Shown here piece by piece: positions 13,881 to 27,075 of a stretch of 64,000 bases of DNA (within the stretch, counting starts at the first letter, position 1; every line of letters starts with the position of its first letter). The notes under the pieces were generated by a model. That model had not been told where the DNA came from, made no database searches, and saw only the letters and a program-made list of their open reading frames with translations. The position numbers were made by a program, and so were the translations under genes. This DNA comes from Eledone cirrhosa (taxonomy: Eukaryota). The stretch spans positions 211,544,001 through 211,608,000 of the forward strand of contig OZ024742.1 in NCBI GenBank assembly GCA_964016885.1. Reading direction: 5' to 3'.

Positions 13881-15037
13881 ACGAAATATAAACTTAAAAG
13901 AACCAACACGGCTCTCTCAGAACCGTTCTCTATCCAAGACTTGAACAGTTCTCTATCCAAGACTTGTAATCTCTGTATAAATGAAAAATTTACCATTATA
14001 TCTAATTTAGATTCTATAATAAACAGACGCACTGACTTATTTTCTATCTGCTTGCATAAATTCCACAGAACTTTCCATAAAGTATACAGCTAATATCCTA
14101 AACTTTATCAATTCAGAATCCTTTTCTCAAAGGCACATATATATATATATATATATATATATACTTCTTTAAAAATATACCCATCTTTCTACCTTATTTC
14201 AAAGTTATTTATTATATTCTATATCACTCTTATTCATCACTTCCCTTTCTTCCTTTTCCTTTTCTTTTCTTTTTCTTTTAAGTTCTAACCCCTAATCTGT
14301 ACCTTTTCTCACTGTTGCCTAACATAGAAACAATTATTACACAATACACTATATTCTTACTTTATATCACCTTGAAAAAATCCTTCGTAAACATAAACAT
14401 TTTTTTTGACGTTAGATTATTCATCCTCTATTCATTATTTTTTTCTCACTTTCATCTAACTTATTCATGCTCATCTCGCAATATATCCTTACTTACATTA
14501 CTTTTGTTCTTTTTAATAATACATATCAACATTTTCTTTCCATCGCACATATTATTAAACCTTTAAATATCATTCTTAATACATATTAACATTTTCTTTC
14601 CACCGCACATATTATTAAACCCTTAAATATTATTCTTAATACATATTAACAATTTCTTTTCATCGCACATATTATTAAACCCTTCAATATACAAACCTTA
14701 ACTTTATATTATTTTTCTCTTCGTTAATTTTCAAATTCTTTTAATTTATACATTATCTTACAACGGTTTTTTCAACCTCTCTATGTAAAACAATATATTT
14801 TTATCAGTTATAAAAGCTATCTCTCTCTCTCTCTATCACCCATCTCTCCTCCTATCTCATCCTTCCTCATTATACTCCCCCCCCTCCACTTTTTACTCTC
14901 ATCTCCTCCTCTTTTTCACCCCCCCCCCTAAAAAAATGTTTTCCCCAATATCACACATCAATCTAAAACTACTTTTCATATGTTGATTTAAAACTGCACT
15001 ATCCACAAGTGTTTTTAACCTTCATATCATGTCCTCC

Positions 15038-15108
15038 TATTTTATCTGATGAAAACACAAATGTTATTGCATGATGATATTTGTTTTTGAAATGCGCATA
15101 ATAAAATA
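15038..15108 (+). ncRNA. Type I hammerhead ribozyme (family C, mirror of 12592-12662)
   Basis: Exact reverse complement of the 12592-12662 motif. Confidence 0.88.
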
Positions 15109-15231
15109 CATGGAACTCATTTAACCATCTTTTGATCTTATATATTATGTATACTCCAGTCCTACAAACTGTAGAGTGCTTCTTATCCGATAGCTGCATT
15201 GCTTTATTGTACTACAATAAAACTCACCTCC

Positions 15232-15301
<70 letters not shown>

Positions 15302-15310
15302 CATATATTT

Positions 15311-15344
<34 letters not shown>

Positions 15345-15434
15345 AAATCTACATACATACATATATACATACATACATTTACGTATGTATATAGCTATGC
15401 ATTTATACATGCATTTATTTTTAAGTGTGTAAGG

Positions 15435-15475
<41 letters not shown>

Positions 15476-15939
15476 AATGAATATATGATAGGGATAAACA
15501 CTGATACAAGTATACATGTGTTTGCATTGCAAATGACCAAGTTAGCTAGATTGAAAAATACTAATTAAAATAATACGGTTTGCCTGTTTCGATTTAAAAT
15601 AATAAATCAATAAAAACAAACCTATATTGGCAATAGCCGTGATACCTGGACAAATTTAAATTTTAAACTTTAAATTTGTTTCGCAACAATTAAGTGAAAT
15701 TTCCTATTCCTGTGCTCTTCTGCAGGTATCCAGAAATTGGTAAGTTTCACTTCAAAATACTTAGGAAGACTGAGAGAAATGTGTTGTTGAACGCACATGT
15801 ATCCCAGCGTCTAGCTTGTCTCATACTCGTGCCGCTAAAAATAGCAGCCGGTTTTAAAAAAGACGGAGAGAAAGAAAAAACGGAGATAAAAAAAAAACGG
15901 ATAGAGAGAGGTTTTAAATCAGATTTTGGTATATTGACC

Positions 15940-16913
15940 TCAGAGTTTTAAACTAAACATATGGTCATTATTGAACAATGTTATTTTCTCATATTATATA
16001 TCTATGTCTCATTCATGAATATTGATATTTGCATTTTTATTATCCATTTCATATGAATTGATCATTCAACTTGATATGACATGACGTAAAGATGTAACTG
16101 TATCCCTCTCTCTCTATATAGTACTTCCTCTCTCTTGAGTTTCTCTATATGTAAGATGAATTAATATCTCTCTGTTGCTTTCGTTTGCCTCTCTTATTTA
16201 TTTCTTGTTTCTTTTTCACTTCCTCCTATCTATTTATATTTTTTCTCTCTCTCCTTCGTTTCCTCTCCCCTCTCTCTATCCGTTTTTTCTTTATCTCCGT
16301 TTTTTCTTTCTCTCCGTCTTTTTTCTAACTGTGCTTAACACTATAACTAAATAATTATTATCCTTCTCTCTCTATATAGTAATTCCTCTCTCTTGAGTCT
16401 CTCTATCTCTATGATGAATTATTATCTCTCTGTTGCTTTCGTTTGCCTCTCTTATTTCTTTCTTGTTTCTTTTTCACTTTCTCCTATCTATTTATATATA
16501 TATCTATCTTTTCTCTCTCTCTCCTTCTTTTCCTCTCCCCTCTATCTCTCCGTTTTTTCTCTTTATCTCCGTTTTTTCTTTCTCTCCGTCCTTTTTCTAA
16601 CTGTGCTTAACACTATAACTAAATAATTATAAACAAATCACTATCCAGACAGCTTCCTAATATAATGGTCGCTTATAATAGGGTACGTCAAAATTATTTA
16701 TAAAACTGTTTATATATTGTATTTTATCTGACGAAGGCATGCCATATTTTTAATATGGTATCCCTGAAATATGTATAATGAAATGAATATGGTTTTATAA
16801 ATATAGTTTCCATTTGTTTAATATCGTATATCTACTCCAAAAACTTTTCGAGTGCTTTATATCAGTTATAAAATATTTACTTGTTGTAACCCAACAATTT
16901 TAAATAAAACTTT

Positions 16914-16918
<5 letters not shown>
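15940..16918 (+). mobile_element. PLE pLTR family B copy with an internal ~265-bp tandem duplication
   Basis: Homologous to 3300-4062; ~16100-16360 is duplicated at ~16360-16630. Confidence 0.7.
16720..16785 (+). ncRNA. Type I hammerhead ribozyme (family B)
   Basis: tattttat CTGACGA aggcatgccatatt-ttt-aatatggtatccct GAAA tatgta TA atgaaatg. Confidence 0.85.
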
Positions 16919-17004
<86 letters not shown>

Positions 17005-17272
17005 CTACATACATACATATATACATACATTCACGTATGTATATAGCTATGCATTTATACATTTGAATATATACATGCATTTATATTTAAGTGTGTAAGG
17101 ATGTTGATATGATCTATGTGGTTTTTTTTGGTAAGGAGAACATTTTTGTCGCAAGATTTTATTACCTAGGGAGTTTAAATATCACACCTCTGGCTGAAAG
17201 CTGACCAGGTTTTCAACTTCATCAAACACTAACGCCGGCTTGTGTGTGTATATGTATATGTGTGTGTGTATG

Positions 17273-17305
<33 letters not shown>

Positions 17306-17639
17306 ATATATGTATGTGTGTGTATATATGTATGTGTGTGTATGTTCACCCCCATTGCTTCTTCTTGTCATTTCTGTTGAAGTAGTCCTTACTTTCATTC
17401 TCTTTGATTTCTTTTGATTTTTTTTTATCTCCCTAGGAAATTCGTTGACAAGCTTCTTTAATTTATTTTCTGTTTTCTTCATTCAAATCACTGACTGTCT
17501 AAGAGACGTACAGATATGACTTATAAAACTTACCAAACTAAAAGGGCTTCTTGCGCCCTCAAAGTTTCAAACGCCCCCTTACTGCACCCCCCCCCCCGCG
17601 GGGGGGGGGGGGGGGTAAATGCCCCCCGTTGAGAACCTT

Positions 17640-18243
17640 TATACTAAATAATTCATTTTTTTTGTTGATTAAATTGTGATAGTCTGTGATTATCTGAAGA
17701 ATCTCTTCATTGCAAAGATTGCAAATTTCTGAGATTGTTGAGTTCTGGTAGGATGTAGCATGCTTTAATTTCCTCCAAGAGATGGAGTATTTAATATTAT
17801 TGTCCTTTAAAGACCATACTAATTGCGAAAGTGAAGTTGAAAATTTCTTATCCGGTCTATTAAAAGTATGTCTATGTTTATACCAACGTTCCTTAAATTT
17901 AGATGAGGTGGCACCTATGTAGTTATATATATTATTTTTTGCCTTAATGGTACATTTATATACTAGATTTTTGTCAAGGCAATTATTTTGTAAAGGACAT
18001 TTAGACCTCTTTCTACAATTACATTTCTTCTCAGTATTATTTACAGACGTTATACTATTCACATTGTTATTTAAAGGCATTCTACTATTATTAATGTTTA
18101 AACTATTATTATTGTTATTCCTATTAACTAATATATTATTATTATTATTATTGCTAATTAGAGGTTGGTTCAATTTAAGATTTTTATTATTTATTTTTGC
18201 TATATTTTGAGCAATATTCATAGTTGTTGAGTAAGATAGTTTA
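17640..18243 (-). mobile_element. PLE linker plus GIY-YIG endonuclease fragment
   Basis: KLSYSTTMNI..CNCRKRSKCP..LVYKC..NYIG..FKERW..CNLCNEE..INKKNELFS. Confidence 0.88.
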
Positions 18244-19550
18244 ACAGGAAGGACAACCGTCACTTCAACCCGGTCACTTCACACAGGCAATACTAGAATG
18301 CGTGTGAGAGGTGTAAGCTTCATAAATTACAGCTGGTGTGTTGCATTGCTGTTGAAGGGGCAAGCTTCAGGCTTACGGCAAGATCACCCTGGTGGGGTGT
18401 TGCTCCTAGGGCTGCTGGTGATTTGGGCCTTCATGTTCTTAGCGCAGGAGTATCCTAGTTTATCTTTGTGTCGGTTAAAGATGCCACCCTCCCACTGTTT
18501 TTAGAAACTTCGTTAAGAATATCAGTACTAGAATTTCAAACCTCTCCTGTAATAAGGCTATCTTTGACAGGGCGGCACCCTACTATAACACGGCGTTGGC
18601 CAACAGCGGCTTCTCACAACCTACCACTTATTCTCCCACTAGCAACAACACCATTAGGAAAAGTAAGCGCAACAATAGACAAACTATCTGGTTCTCTCCT
18701 CTCTTCTCACTCAACGTTAAAACCAATGTAGGAAAAAAATTTCTAGCCCTCTTAGATAGACACTTTCCCATAGGTCATAAATACCGCTCCATCTTTAACG
18801 GACACAAGTTAAACTAGGATACTCCTGCGCTAAGAACATGAAGACCCACATCACCTGCAGCCCTAGGAACAACACCCCACCAGGGTGCTCTTGCCGTAAG
18901 CCTGAAGCTTGCCCCCTTCAACAGCAATGCAACACACCAGCTGTAATTTATGAAGCTGTGGTCACTTCCAACCGACCAAACGAACCAGAGGAGGTCAAAT
19001 CCTATGTGGTCATGGCGGAGAGCCGATTTAAGGAACGTTTCCTGAACCACCAATCTACCTTCAGGTATCCGGACAGACGTTGATCCACGAAACTCGCGAG
19101 CCACGTATGATCCATCAAGGACTCAAATATAGACTACTCCATTCAACGGAAAGCCATCACTAAGTCCAAGCCATACGCAAGGTGTGGCTTATGTATTGAC
19201 GAACGAATAACTATTCTAAAGAGATTACGCAATAGTGATTGCCTAAACACGAGAAATGAATTTTTCACACGTTGCCCACACGTCGCCAAACACCTATTGC
19301 ATAACTACAAGGCTCCGGATTGATTCTTTGTAATTTCATTTTCAACTAAAAACTTTTCGGACTTTCGCAGTTATCTCCCTTACACCTCTCGCACGCATTC
19401 TAGTATTGCCTGTGTGAAGTGACGGGTTTCTGCGCATGCGCGTTGGTACGGTTGTCCTTCCTGTTCCTATAACCATGCCCAATCCGAGCTGAGGATCCGC
19501 TAAGGTGAAACAATTGTTCTCGGTATAGTGAACTAACCGTTGTGTAACCA

Positions 19551-19552
<2 letters not shown>
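18243..19552 (+). mobile_element. 5'-truncated PLE (RT end, GIY-YIG, pLTR) with inverted 5' fragments
   Basis: IWFSPLFSLNVKTNVGKKFLALLDRHFP; CSCRKPEACP..VIYEA; CGLCIDE; CPH. 18243-18315 and 18316-18460 are inverted copies of ~19380-19465 and ~18812-18957. Confidence 0.88.
19484..19523 (+). ncRNA. Minimal type I hammerhead ribozyme in a PLE 3' repeat
   Basis: ccgag CTGAGGA tcc-gctaa-ggt GAAA caattg TT ctcgg, about 160 bp downstream of the GIY-YIG ORF; stem II is weak. Confidence 0.78.
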
Positions 19553-19594
<42 letters not shown>

Positions 19595-19706
19595 TAATAT
19601 GATATGTATTATATAAATAAATATAAATAATATGTATATATATTATATATAAGTAAATAAATATGAATAATATATATATATATATATAAATAATATATAT
19701 ATAATA

Positions 19707-20018
19707 ATAATACAAGGATGATAAAAAAAATTGTTAAGCTTTCATTACGTTTAGTTTATTGATTGTTGACGCGCGTTTCGCTATTGATCAGCTTAAGATT
19801 TGATACGTATCGAACTAGCCCGACCCTGGAATCAAAAACTCGTCGCATCTCTGCTGTTGCATTGACAAATTCTGTCATTACAAGCAGAGGTCCGGCGAGC
19901 TTTTGATTCCAGAGTCGGGCCAGATCGATACAGATCGAACCTTGAGCTGATCAATAACGAAACGCCCGTCAACAATCAATAAACGTAATGAAGGCTTAAC
20001 AAATCGTCCTTGTATTAT
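19707..20018. repeat. ~310-bp imperfect hairpin/fold-back element
   Basis: Arms roughly 85% complementary by eye around tgaca-aattc-tgtca; flanked by (TA)n. Confidence 0.88.
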
Positions 20019-20124
20019 CATATTATATTACACTCTGTCTGGCTCTACACCTCGCCACTGACGTGAACCTAAACACGGGGTGCTCACCTGGGTGAAGCTA
20101 CAGTCACTTCACGTTACACTCGCT

Positions 20125-20191
<67 letters not shown>

Positions 20192-21516
20192 GAAAGAACC
20201 CATCTTAGTCTGCTATCAACCATGTATGTAAGTTTCATTTTACTGTCTGCTATTTTATATACATGAAGTAAAACATACCTAGCACACATAGCAGTAGCAT
20301 ATAGTCTTGAAAGATAGCGTAATCTACTCATGGTAACTAATGTGGATAATCTGATTGATAAAATAAATGATGAAAGGCATTCTATAGTTATGAATATCGA
20401 GGACTACATTTCTCTGCTTTTTAAGACGGGAGGTTAGGATCTAACTTTAGGGAGATTTGGATGCTATTTCTTGCAGATGAAACAACTGTTCCTATTTTCC
20501 ATACAGGCATCATTTTACAAAATATTAACACCAGCTGTATTAATCTCACTATTTTCGGAGCCCCTGCAATGACCAACAAATGCATTCTTCCTCTTTCGAT
20601 TAAACACAAGAAAATTATAAAACTTATGTAAAGAAGGGAGATAATGACAGATAGAGTGGAGATAAATACGTTTTGAGCTACTTACCTCCCTTTAAAGTCC
20701 ACATATTTCATTACCGTATATCACATCGTCATTATCACATGATTTGCTCCTTTATTTGTAAATTTATTTATCATTTGTATATTTATTTATCGTTTTTCGA
20801 TTTGGGGCTGAAACTGTTCAACACATTTAATTTTAACCAGTTTTAACAAGTATTTAAAAAAAATTCTATGTGGAGAATAAAATAAATATCAGTTGCATAT
20901 TGATTTTGTAAGCGATTTAGTTATAAAAATCGTTTTATGACAGAAAAATATTATTATGGAAGACGTATAATTAAAAAAAAAACTTTTATTATTGTATAGT
21001 TCCATTCCTTAATGCTTTCATTTACTGGTTACTTTCAATTTGAGTTTTTAGTTGGCTAAACATAAATTCGGTAATTTTGAGAGAATACAAATATTTAAAC
21101 ATTTTTACTTTCTTTTTACTTTATTTTGTGATTTATAGGGGAGAAGTAGCCATGAACTTTCAGGTCACACTGACATTGTTGAACTTGAAAATTGTAGATA
21201 TTCATCTTGAACATTTTAATATCAGTTTCTGCAGCGGCTATAAATAAATAAATAATTATATAAAAGGGTTGGAAGGGAATATAAGTGACTTTGTAGATCT
21301 AGGAAGGACGGATTGGAATAGGAATTACAAGACATGGAGCGACGTGTTGGGTAGGTTTAGGTGGAATTGGCACTTACTTGCTAGTTCAGAGGAGCGAGGC
21401 TGTTGTAGTAGTAGTATAATAAGCAGAGTGGAAAGACATTACACATATGGGCCAGAGTTTCTAGTGTGTTTGAGAGTAAGATTTTGCAAATCAACCAGAT
21501 GACTTAATTTTTAATG

Positions 21517-23294
21517 AGTTATAGCGCAACTAATCAGAGAGCGAATTGATCTAGATGAAATGCAGTTTGGGTTTGTGTCAGGTAAAAGTACCATGGACAC
21601 TCTTTTCCTTGTACAACAACTACAGGAGAAGTACCTAGCTAAATGTAAACCCCTATACTTAGCTTTTGTTGACTTGGAGAAAGCCTTTGACAGAGTCCCC
21701 CGCTCCATTATCTAGTGGGCTCTTAGAAAACTAGGGGTTGATGAATGGCTTGTGAGAGCTATACAAGCCATGTATAGAGAAACAGTCAGTAAGGTTAGAA
21801 TTAACAACGAATATAGTGAAGAATTTAGCGTAAAAGTTGGTATTCATGAAGGCTCTGTCCTTAGCCCCCTCCTGTTTATTATTGCCCTTCAGGCTATAAC
21901 TGAGGAGTTTAAGACCGGCTGCCCATGGGAACTTCTATACGCAGATGATCTAACTCTCATAGCTGAATCGATGGCTGAACTAGAGAAGAAATTCCAAACA
22001 TGGAAGCATGGCCTAGAATCAAAAGGCTTCAAAGTTAACTTGTCTAAGACTAAAGTTCTAGTATGTAGAAAGGAAAATAGGGTACAGGTACCCTCTGGCA
22101 AATGGCCATGCTTAGTGTGTAGGAAAGGAGTAGGCAGAAATTCCATATTATGTCCCAAATGCAAACTATGGGTACATAAAAGATGTAGTGGGATCACAGG
22201 TAAGCTATCTAAGAACATAGATTTTATATGTGGCCGATGCTCAGGTGCAATAAGTAGCAAGTGCCCACAGGATACTAGCTCCTTCTATTGCCCAGATAGT
22301 TCTATAGAAATAGTGGACAACTTTCCGTTACCTGGGTGACAAAATCAGCAGTGGTGGAGGTTGCTCTGAAAGTACAGTAGCCAGAGTCAGAATGAGATGG
22401 AAAAAGTTCAGAGAGCTTATACCACTATTGACCACTAAAGATTTCTTTCTAAAAATGAAAGGCAGATTGTATGATGTCTGTATATGAACAGCAATGTTAC
22501 ATGGCAGTGAGACATGGGCTTTGTGTGCAGAGGATCTGCACAGACTGGAGAGGAACGAAGCATGCATGCTCCGTTGGATGTGTAATAATAATATATGTGA
22601 ACGGCAAAGCATAAATGAACTAAGTGAGAAATTAGGAATAAGAGGGATCAGATGCTGTTTACTCAAAAGAAGACTACGTTGGTATGGTCACATGAATCGC
22701 ATGAAAGACGACAGTTGTATAAAAAAGTGCAGGGCGATCAAAATTGATGGAAGTTATGGAGTAGGTAGACCCAGAAAAACCTGGGACGATTTGATAAATT
22801 CCGACCTCACACACTTACACTTCTCTAAGAGAGCTTTGGCACTACGCAGTAATACAGAAGACCCGCCTTGCCTATGTACAAAGCGAAACTTACAGTCAGT
22901 AGGCACCTCTTAACCAAATATATACCCCATCCCAGTACCCCTACTCCCCCCCCCCCCACACTCCCACCAACACCACCCTTTCTCTGTAAAGTTATGTTGG
23001 TACTACAACATCCACTCCAAAATAAATGAGGTCGTGTAGGTGTCACAACAAAAAAACACAGAGTCCATGCTGTAATGTGGCCATGTAGGTAACATGGTAA
23101 AAACTTCCCAGTTCCACACTGTAAACATGGTTGGTGTTAGGAAGGGCATCCAGCCATAGAAAACCTGCCAGACAGCCCTATACGAGCGAGACATGGTCAC
23201 CCGACCAATCTTGCCTCAAGTAGGACAATTCCCGTCTAAACACATGCTAGCGTGGAAGATAGATGTTAAACGTTGATGATGATCATGATGATGA
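21517..23294 (+). mobile_element. RTE-clade LINE, 5'-truncated, decayed
   Basis: QFGF..FVDLEKAFDRVP, QGSVLSP-like, LYADDL, an inserted CxxC..CxxC..HKRC finger, RRLRWYGH, GRPRKTW; 3' UTR ends in (GAT)n. Confidence 0.9.
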
Positions 23295-23313
23295 GGTCTA
23301 ATTATTTTTGTGT

Positions 23314-24212
23314 GATTGAATAAATGATATTTCTTAGATAGTCCTAGATACACTATGACTGAATAAATGATATTCCTTAGATAATCCTAGATACACTATG
23401 ACTGAATAAATATTATTCTTTACTTAGTTCTAGATACACTATGACTGAATAAATGATATTCCTTAGATAGTTCTAGATACACTATGACTGAATAAATGAT
23501 ATTCCTTAGATAGTTCTAGATACACTATGACTGAATAAATGATATTCCTTAGATAGTCCTAGATACACTATGACTGAATAAATGATATTCCTTAGATAGT
23601 TCTAGATACACTATGACTGAATAAATGATATTCCTTAGATAGTTCTAGATACACTATGACTGAATAAATGATATTTCTTAGTTCTAGATACACTATGACT
23701 GAATAAATGATATTCATTACTTAGTTCTAGATACACTATGACTGAATAAATGATATTCCTTAGATAGTTCTAGATACACTATGACTGAATAAATGATATT
23801 TCTTAGATAGTTCTAGATACACTATGACTGAATAAATGATATTTCTTAGATAGTCCTAGATACACTATGACTGAATAAATGATATTCATTACTTAGTTCT
23901 AGATACACTATGACTGAATAAATGATATTCCTTAGATAGTTCTAGATAAGTGTATCTAGAACTAACTAAGGAATAAATTATATTTCCTAGATAGTTCTAG
24001 ATACACTATGAATAAATGACACTTCCTAAATAGTTCTAGATACTCTATGACTAAATAAATGATATTTCCTAGATAATTCTAGATATACTATGAATAAATG
24101 ATACTTCCTAGATAATTCTAGATACACTATGAATAAATGATACTTCCTAGATAGTTCTAGATACTCTATGATTGAATAAATGATATTTCTGAGATACTTC
24201 TAGATACACTAT
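23314..24212. repeat. 43-bp minisatellite (~21 units) with one inverted partial unit
   Basis: Unit gactgaataaatgatattccttagatagttctagatacactat; no unique spacers. Confidence 0.93.
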
Positions 24213-25343
24213 GTTGGATTATGGTTGATCTGGGTAAAAAACCACCATAAAGTGGTAGTGGAAGAATACTCAATCAACACTACCCCAATGATACAAACCC
24301 AGATAATGTAGAAGAACTTTATCTGATATGCAGAACCCTAGGCACAACCCAGCTCATGGTCCCAATGAATAGAATGGAGAAAGCCTTATCTCAGAGGACA
24401 GTAAGGGAGACATGTTGAAATAGCCATTCCACCTTGCAGGGCTAACTCCTGTGTAAGGGGTGTGTAGGGATGTAATACAGGGACCAAGAATATTGGAAGT
24501 CTCCACCACAATAGGCTCAATAACAAGGTGGTAGCCATGTTTTATTGTTGTTTCTTCTTATTTTCCTCCTCTTACAACTCATACCTATGTTTACTCTCTT
24601 CTGCTGCAACCACCACCACCATTGCCACTACCACCACCATCACCACCATCACCATTACCACTACCATCATCACCCCTAGCACCCACACCCCAGCAGCAGC
24701 AGCAACAGCAGCACCTCTATTGATTTTGCCACACGATTCATGAAAGAAGACACTATTTATGAAGAAGTCTTTGTTTAGTTGGATAGTATTTCCAAAGTAG
24801 TCAAACATTATTTGTCATACAAAGGTGGCGTACTCTGAAGTAATTTAAGATACAGGATGTTATAACCTGCTAGTTACCAAGCAACTTGTCTGAAGACAAA
24901 TACACACCCACCCACACACATAACATATATACATGCACACACATATAGATGCTCACACATGTACACACACTCATACAAATACACGCACACACACATACAT
25001 GCACACACATATACACAACACCCACACATACATACCCATACACACACATGCACAACATATATACATAGACACATAGGCTTATGTATTTTCTTCTCACAAA
25101 CACACATATTCTTTCTTACAAGTATTTACACATATAGTTAGTAAATATCTTTAAGTCATTTGGAAGCCTCGACAATGTAAATCTCCGGGTAACAAGATCC
25201 GGTGGTGGAGAGAGAGATGTAAGTGGGTGTACGTTGAGATGTGTGGTGTGTATAAGATGTGTAGAAGAATGAAGGCAAAAGTATAAAGGATAAAATAAAA
25301 ATAACAACACGAGAGAGAGTTACCTTGGGAGAGATTTAATTGT

Positions 25344-25379
25344 CCCTATATATTTCGGATTCACATCCATCAACTGGGG
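25344..25379 (-). ncRNA. Degenerate hammerhead downstream of a PLE ORF
   Basis: ccc cagttga t ggat-gtga-atcc GAAA tata TA ggg; two core mismatches against CUGAUGA. Confidence 0.5.
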
Positions 25380-25739
25380 TTTTTTTCCGGGGTGGGGGAA
25401 AGGTTGTCTGTCGGACAGGTGCGAAACGCGTCCTCCGCTGTTTGTTGTTTTGAATATCTGAGGTATTCAGCAGAGCGCGTGTGCGCGTGAAATGGGGTCG
25501 GTCGGGCAGAGGTCAGCGGCCGAATGAGGGAGTGGGGTGGCGCTAGCTGTCAATCCATTCTCTGCCTGTTTGTTAAATGTTACTGTGTGTGTGTGTGCGT
25601 GTGTTGTTGCCTTGTTCCTCTGTATTGGCAGTGTAGTATGTTCGTATGGTGGAATGCTACTGTGTGTGTGTGCGTGTGTGTGTGTAGTTGTCTCGTTTGT
25701 ATGTGTGTGTGTGCGTGTGTTGCTGCATCGTTTGTTAAC

Positions 25740-27075
25740 TTAAACCAGCCATCTCATTTCGCTTCTCTCTGATCGATTGTTTATTTGCGGTTGCAGGCGT
25801 TTGATAAAAAGCGCTTCCTTGATACGTAATGTGCCGACGTTTCTTTCAGTCGCTAGAATTGTGACAATGGGCCTTCCGTCTTTGTTTCCGCATTTGTCTA
25901 TGTGTTTCCGGAAAGACGAGGCCCTGGTTTTAGTGTGTTCTTTGATCCGGATGTGCAAAGGTCGGATTGTGCTACCTATGTAGTATTGGTTGCACCTGTC
26001 ACATTCTATCTTATACATGACGTATGTGCGTAGGCAACAGTTCGCATGGCATATTGGGCAGTCTCTGAGGGAGCATGCGTCAGTAGATTTCCCGGGTTTC
26101 CTGGAGAGGCATCTTCACAGGGAGGGGCCCGAGTGGGCCAGGTGGATGTCGAGGCCCTCCCTCCGTATAGCGTTGGTGGTATTCTCGCCCAGATGTGGCA
26201 TTTTAAGGAAGCACTTGCCTTGGGTGCCTCTCTGTCTCTTGTGTCTGGTGTCTCCTATTCTGTCTGTGATCGAGGTAGGGTACCCGTTCGTCTCCAGCAC
26301 CTCGAGGAATCGCTTGGTATGAGTGACACCACTCGCGGGATCGCTGCATCTGTTTTTGATTCGCGCAATCTCGTTCGTGATGTATCCTCTTTTGGCACTG
26401 TTAGGGAGGGCGGACTTGTAGTGAACGAACAGGTCCCTGCAGGCTGCCTTTCGGTAGAAGTTGCAGTGGATCCCTCCCTGTTCCGTGATGTTGATTTGGA
26501 AGTCGAGGAGGGCAAGTGACCCGTCTTCGTTGGGGTGTTCAACACTGAAGTCAATGTTCTCGTCCGTGTTGTTGAACGTCTCATAGATTCTGTTCGCCGT
26601 GTCTTGGGAAGATGTGAGGATGAGGATATCTTCCACGTACCTTGAGAAAAAGGCTACGGCGTTGGGGTGGAAGGCGTTGAGTGCCTTGCATTCGAGGTTG
26701 TCCATGTAAGAGATCGCTAGCACACCTGATGGGCTTGATCCCATGGGCAATCCAGAGGTTTGTTGGTATGTTTGATCAAGGAATCCGAAGTAGGTGTTGT
26801 CGACGACGATGGATAGGAGTTGGTGGATGTCAGTGGTGGTGACCCCGAAGCAGTGTAGGTCGGTGGATTGGACGTGTTCCATCAGTATATTGACGGCCGG
26901 GAGTGCCGGGACCGAGGTGGAGAGAGCGACTACATCAAGGCTGAAGGCATATCTGTTATTCCTTCTGGTGTTGGGATCCATTTGATGCAGGCGCTTCAAC
27001 ACCTCCTCGGAGCTGTTAACGTGTCCCGGCAAGGTGTCTAAGATGGGTTTGAGTATTCTGGCTAGGAGCCATGAA
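25740..27075 (-). mobile_element. PLE (Poseidon/Penelope-type) RT plus GIY-YIG, 5'-truncated, one frameshift
   Basis: FSLDVVAL, YQQTSGLPMGSSPS, RYVEDI (YxDD mutated), LALLDFQI..FYRK; YKIECDRCNQYYIGST..RIKEH..KEALFIKRLQPQIN. Confidence 0.92.

Noticed and set aside
17560-17640. G/C homopolymer hairpin extending the GIY-YIG ORF (PPPPPRGGGG)
   Set aside because: Probably a separate small hAT-like remnant (ggttctcaac) truncating the PLE; not genuine protein sequence.
19081-19110. In-frame TGA codons in a Naiad-type GIY-YIG as possible selenocysteine recoding
   Set aside because: The TGAs do not fall at conserved Cys positions (one replaces Trp), and the Cys motifs in all PLE copies here use normal Cys codons; they are ordinary nonsense mutations.
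23314-24212. CRISPR-like regular array
   Set aside because: Units are contiguous with no unique spacers, there are no cas genes and the context is eukaryotic; it is a minisatellite.
24679-24778. Possible terminal exon ending ...EDTIYEEVFV*
   Set aside because: It adjoins (CAC)/(CAG) simple repeats, has a weak acceptor and no recognisable homology.
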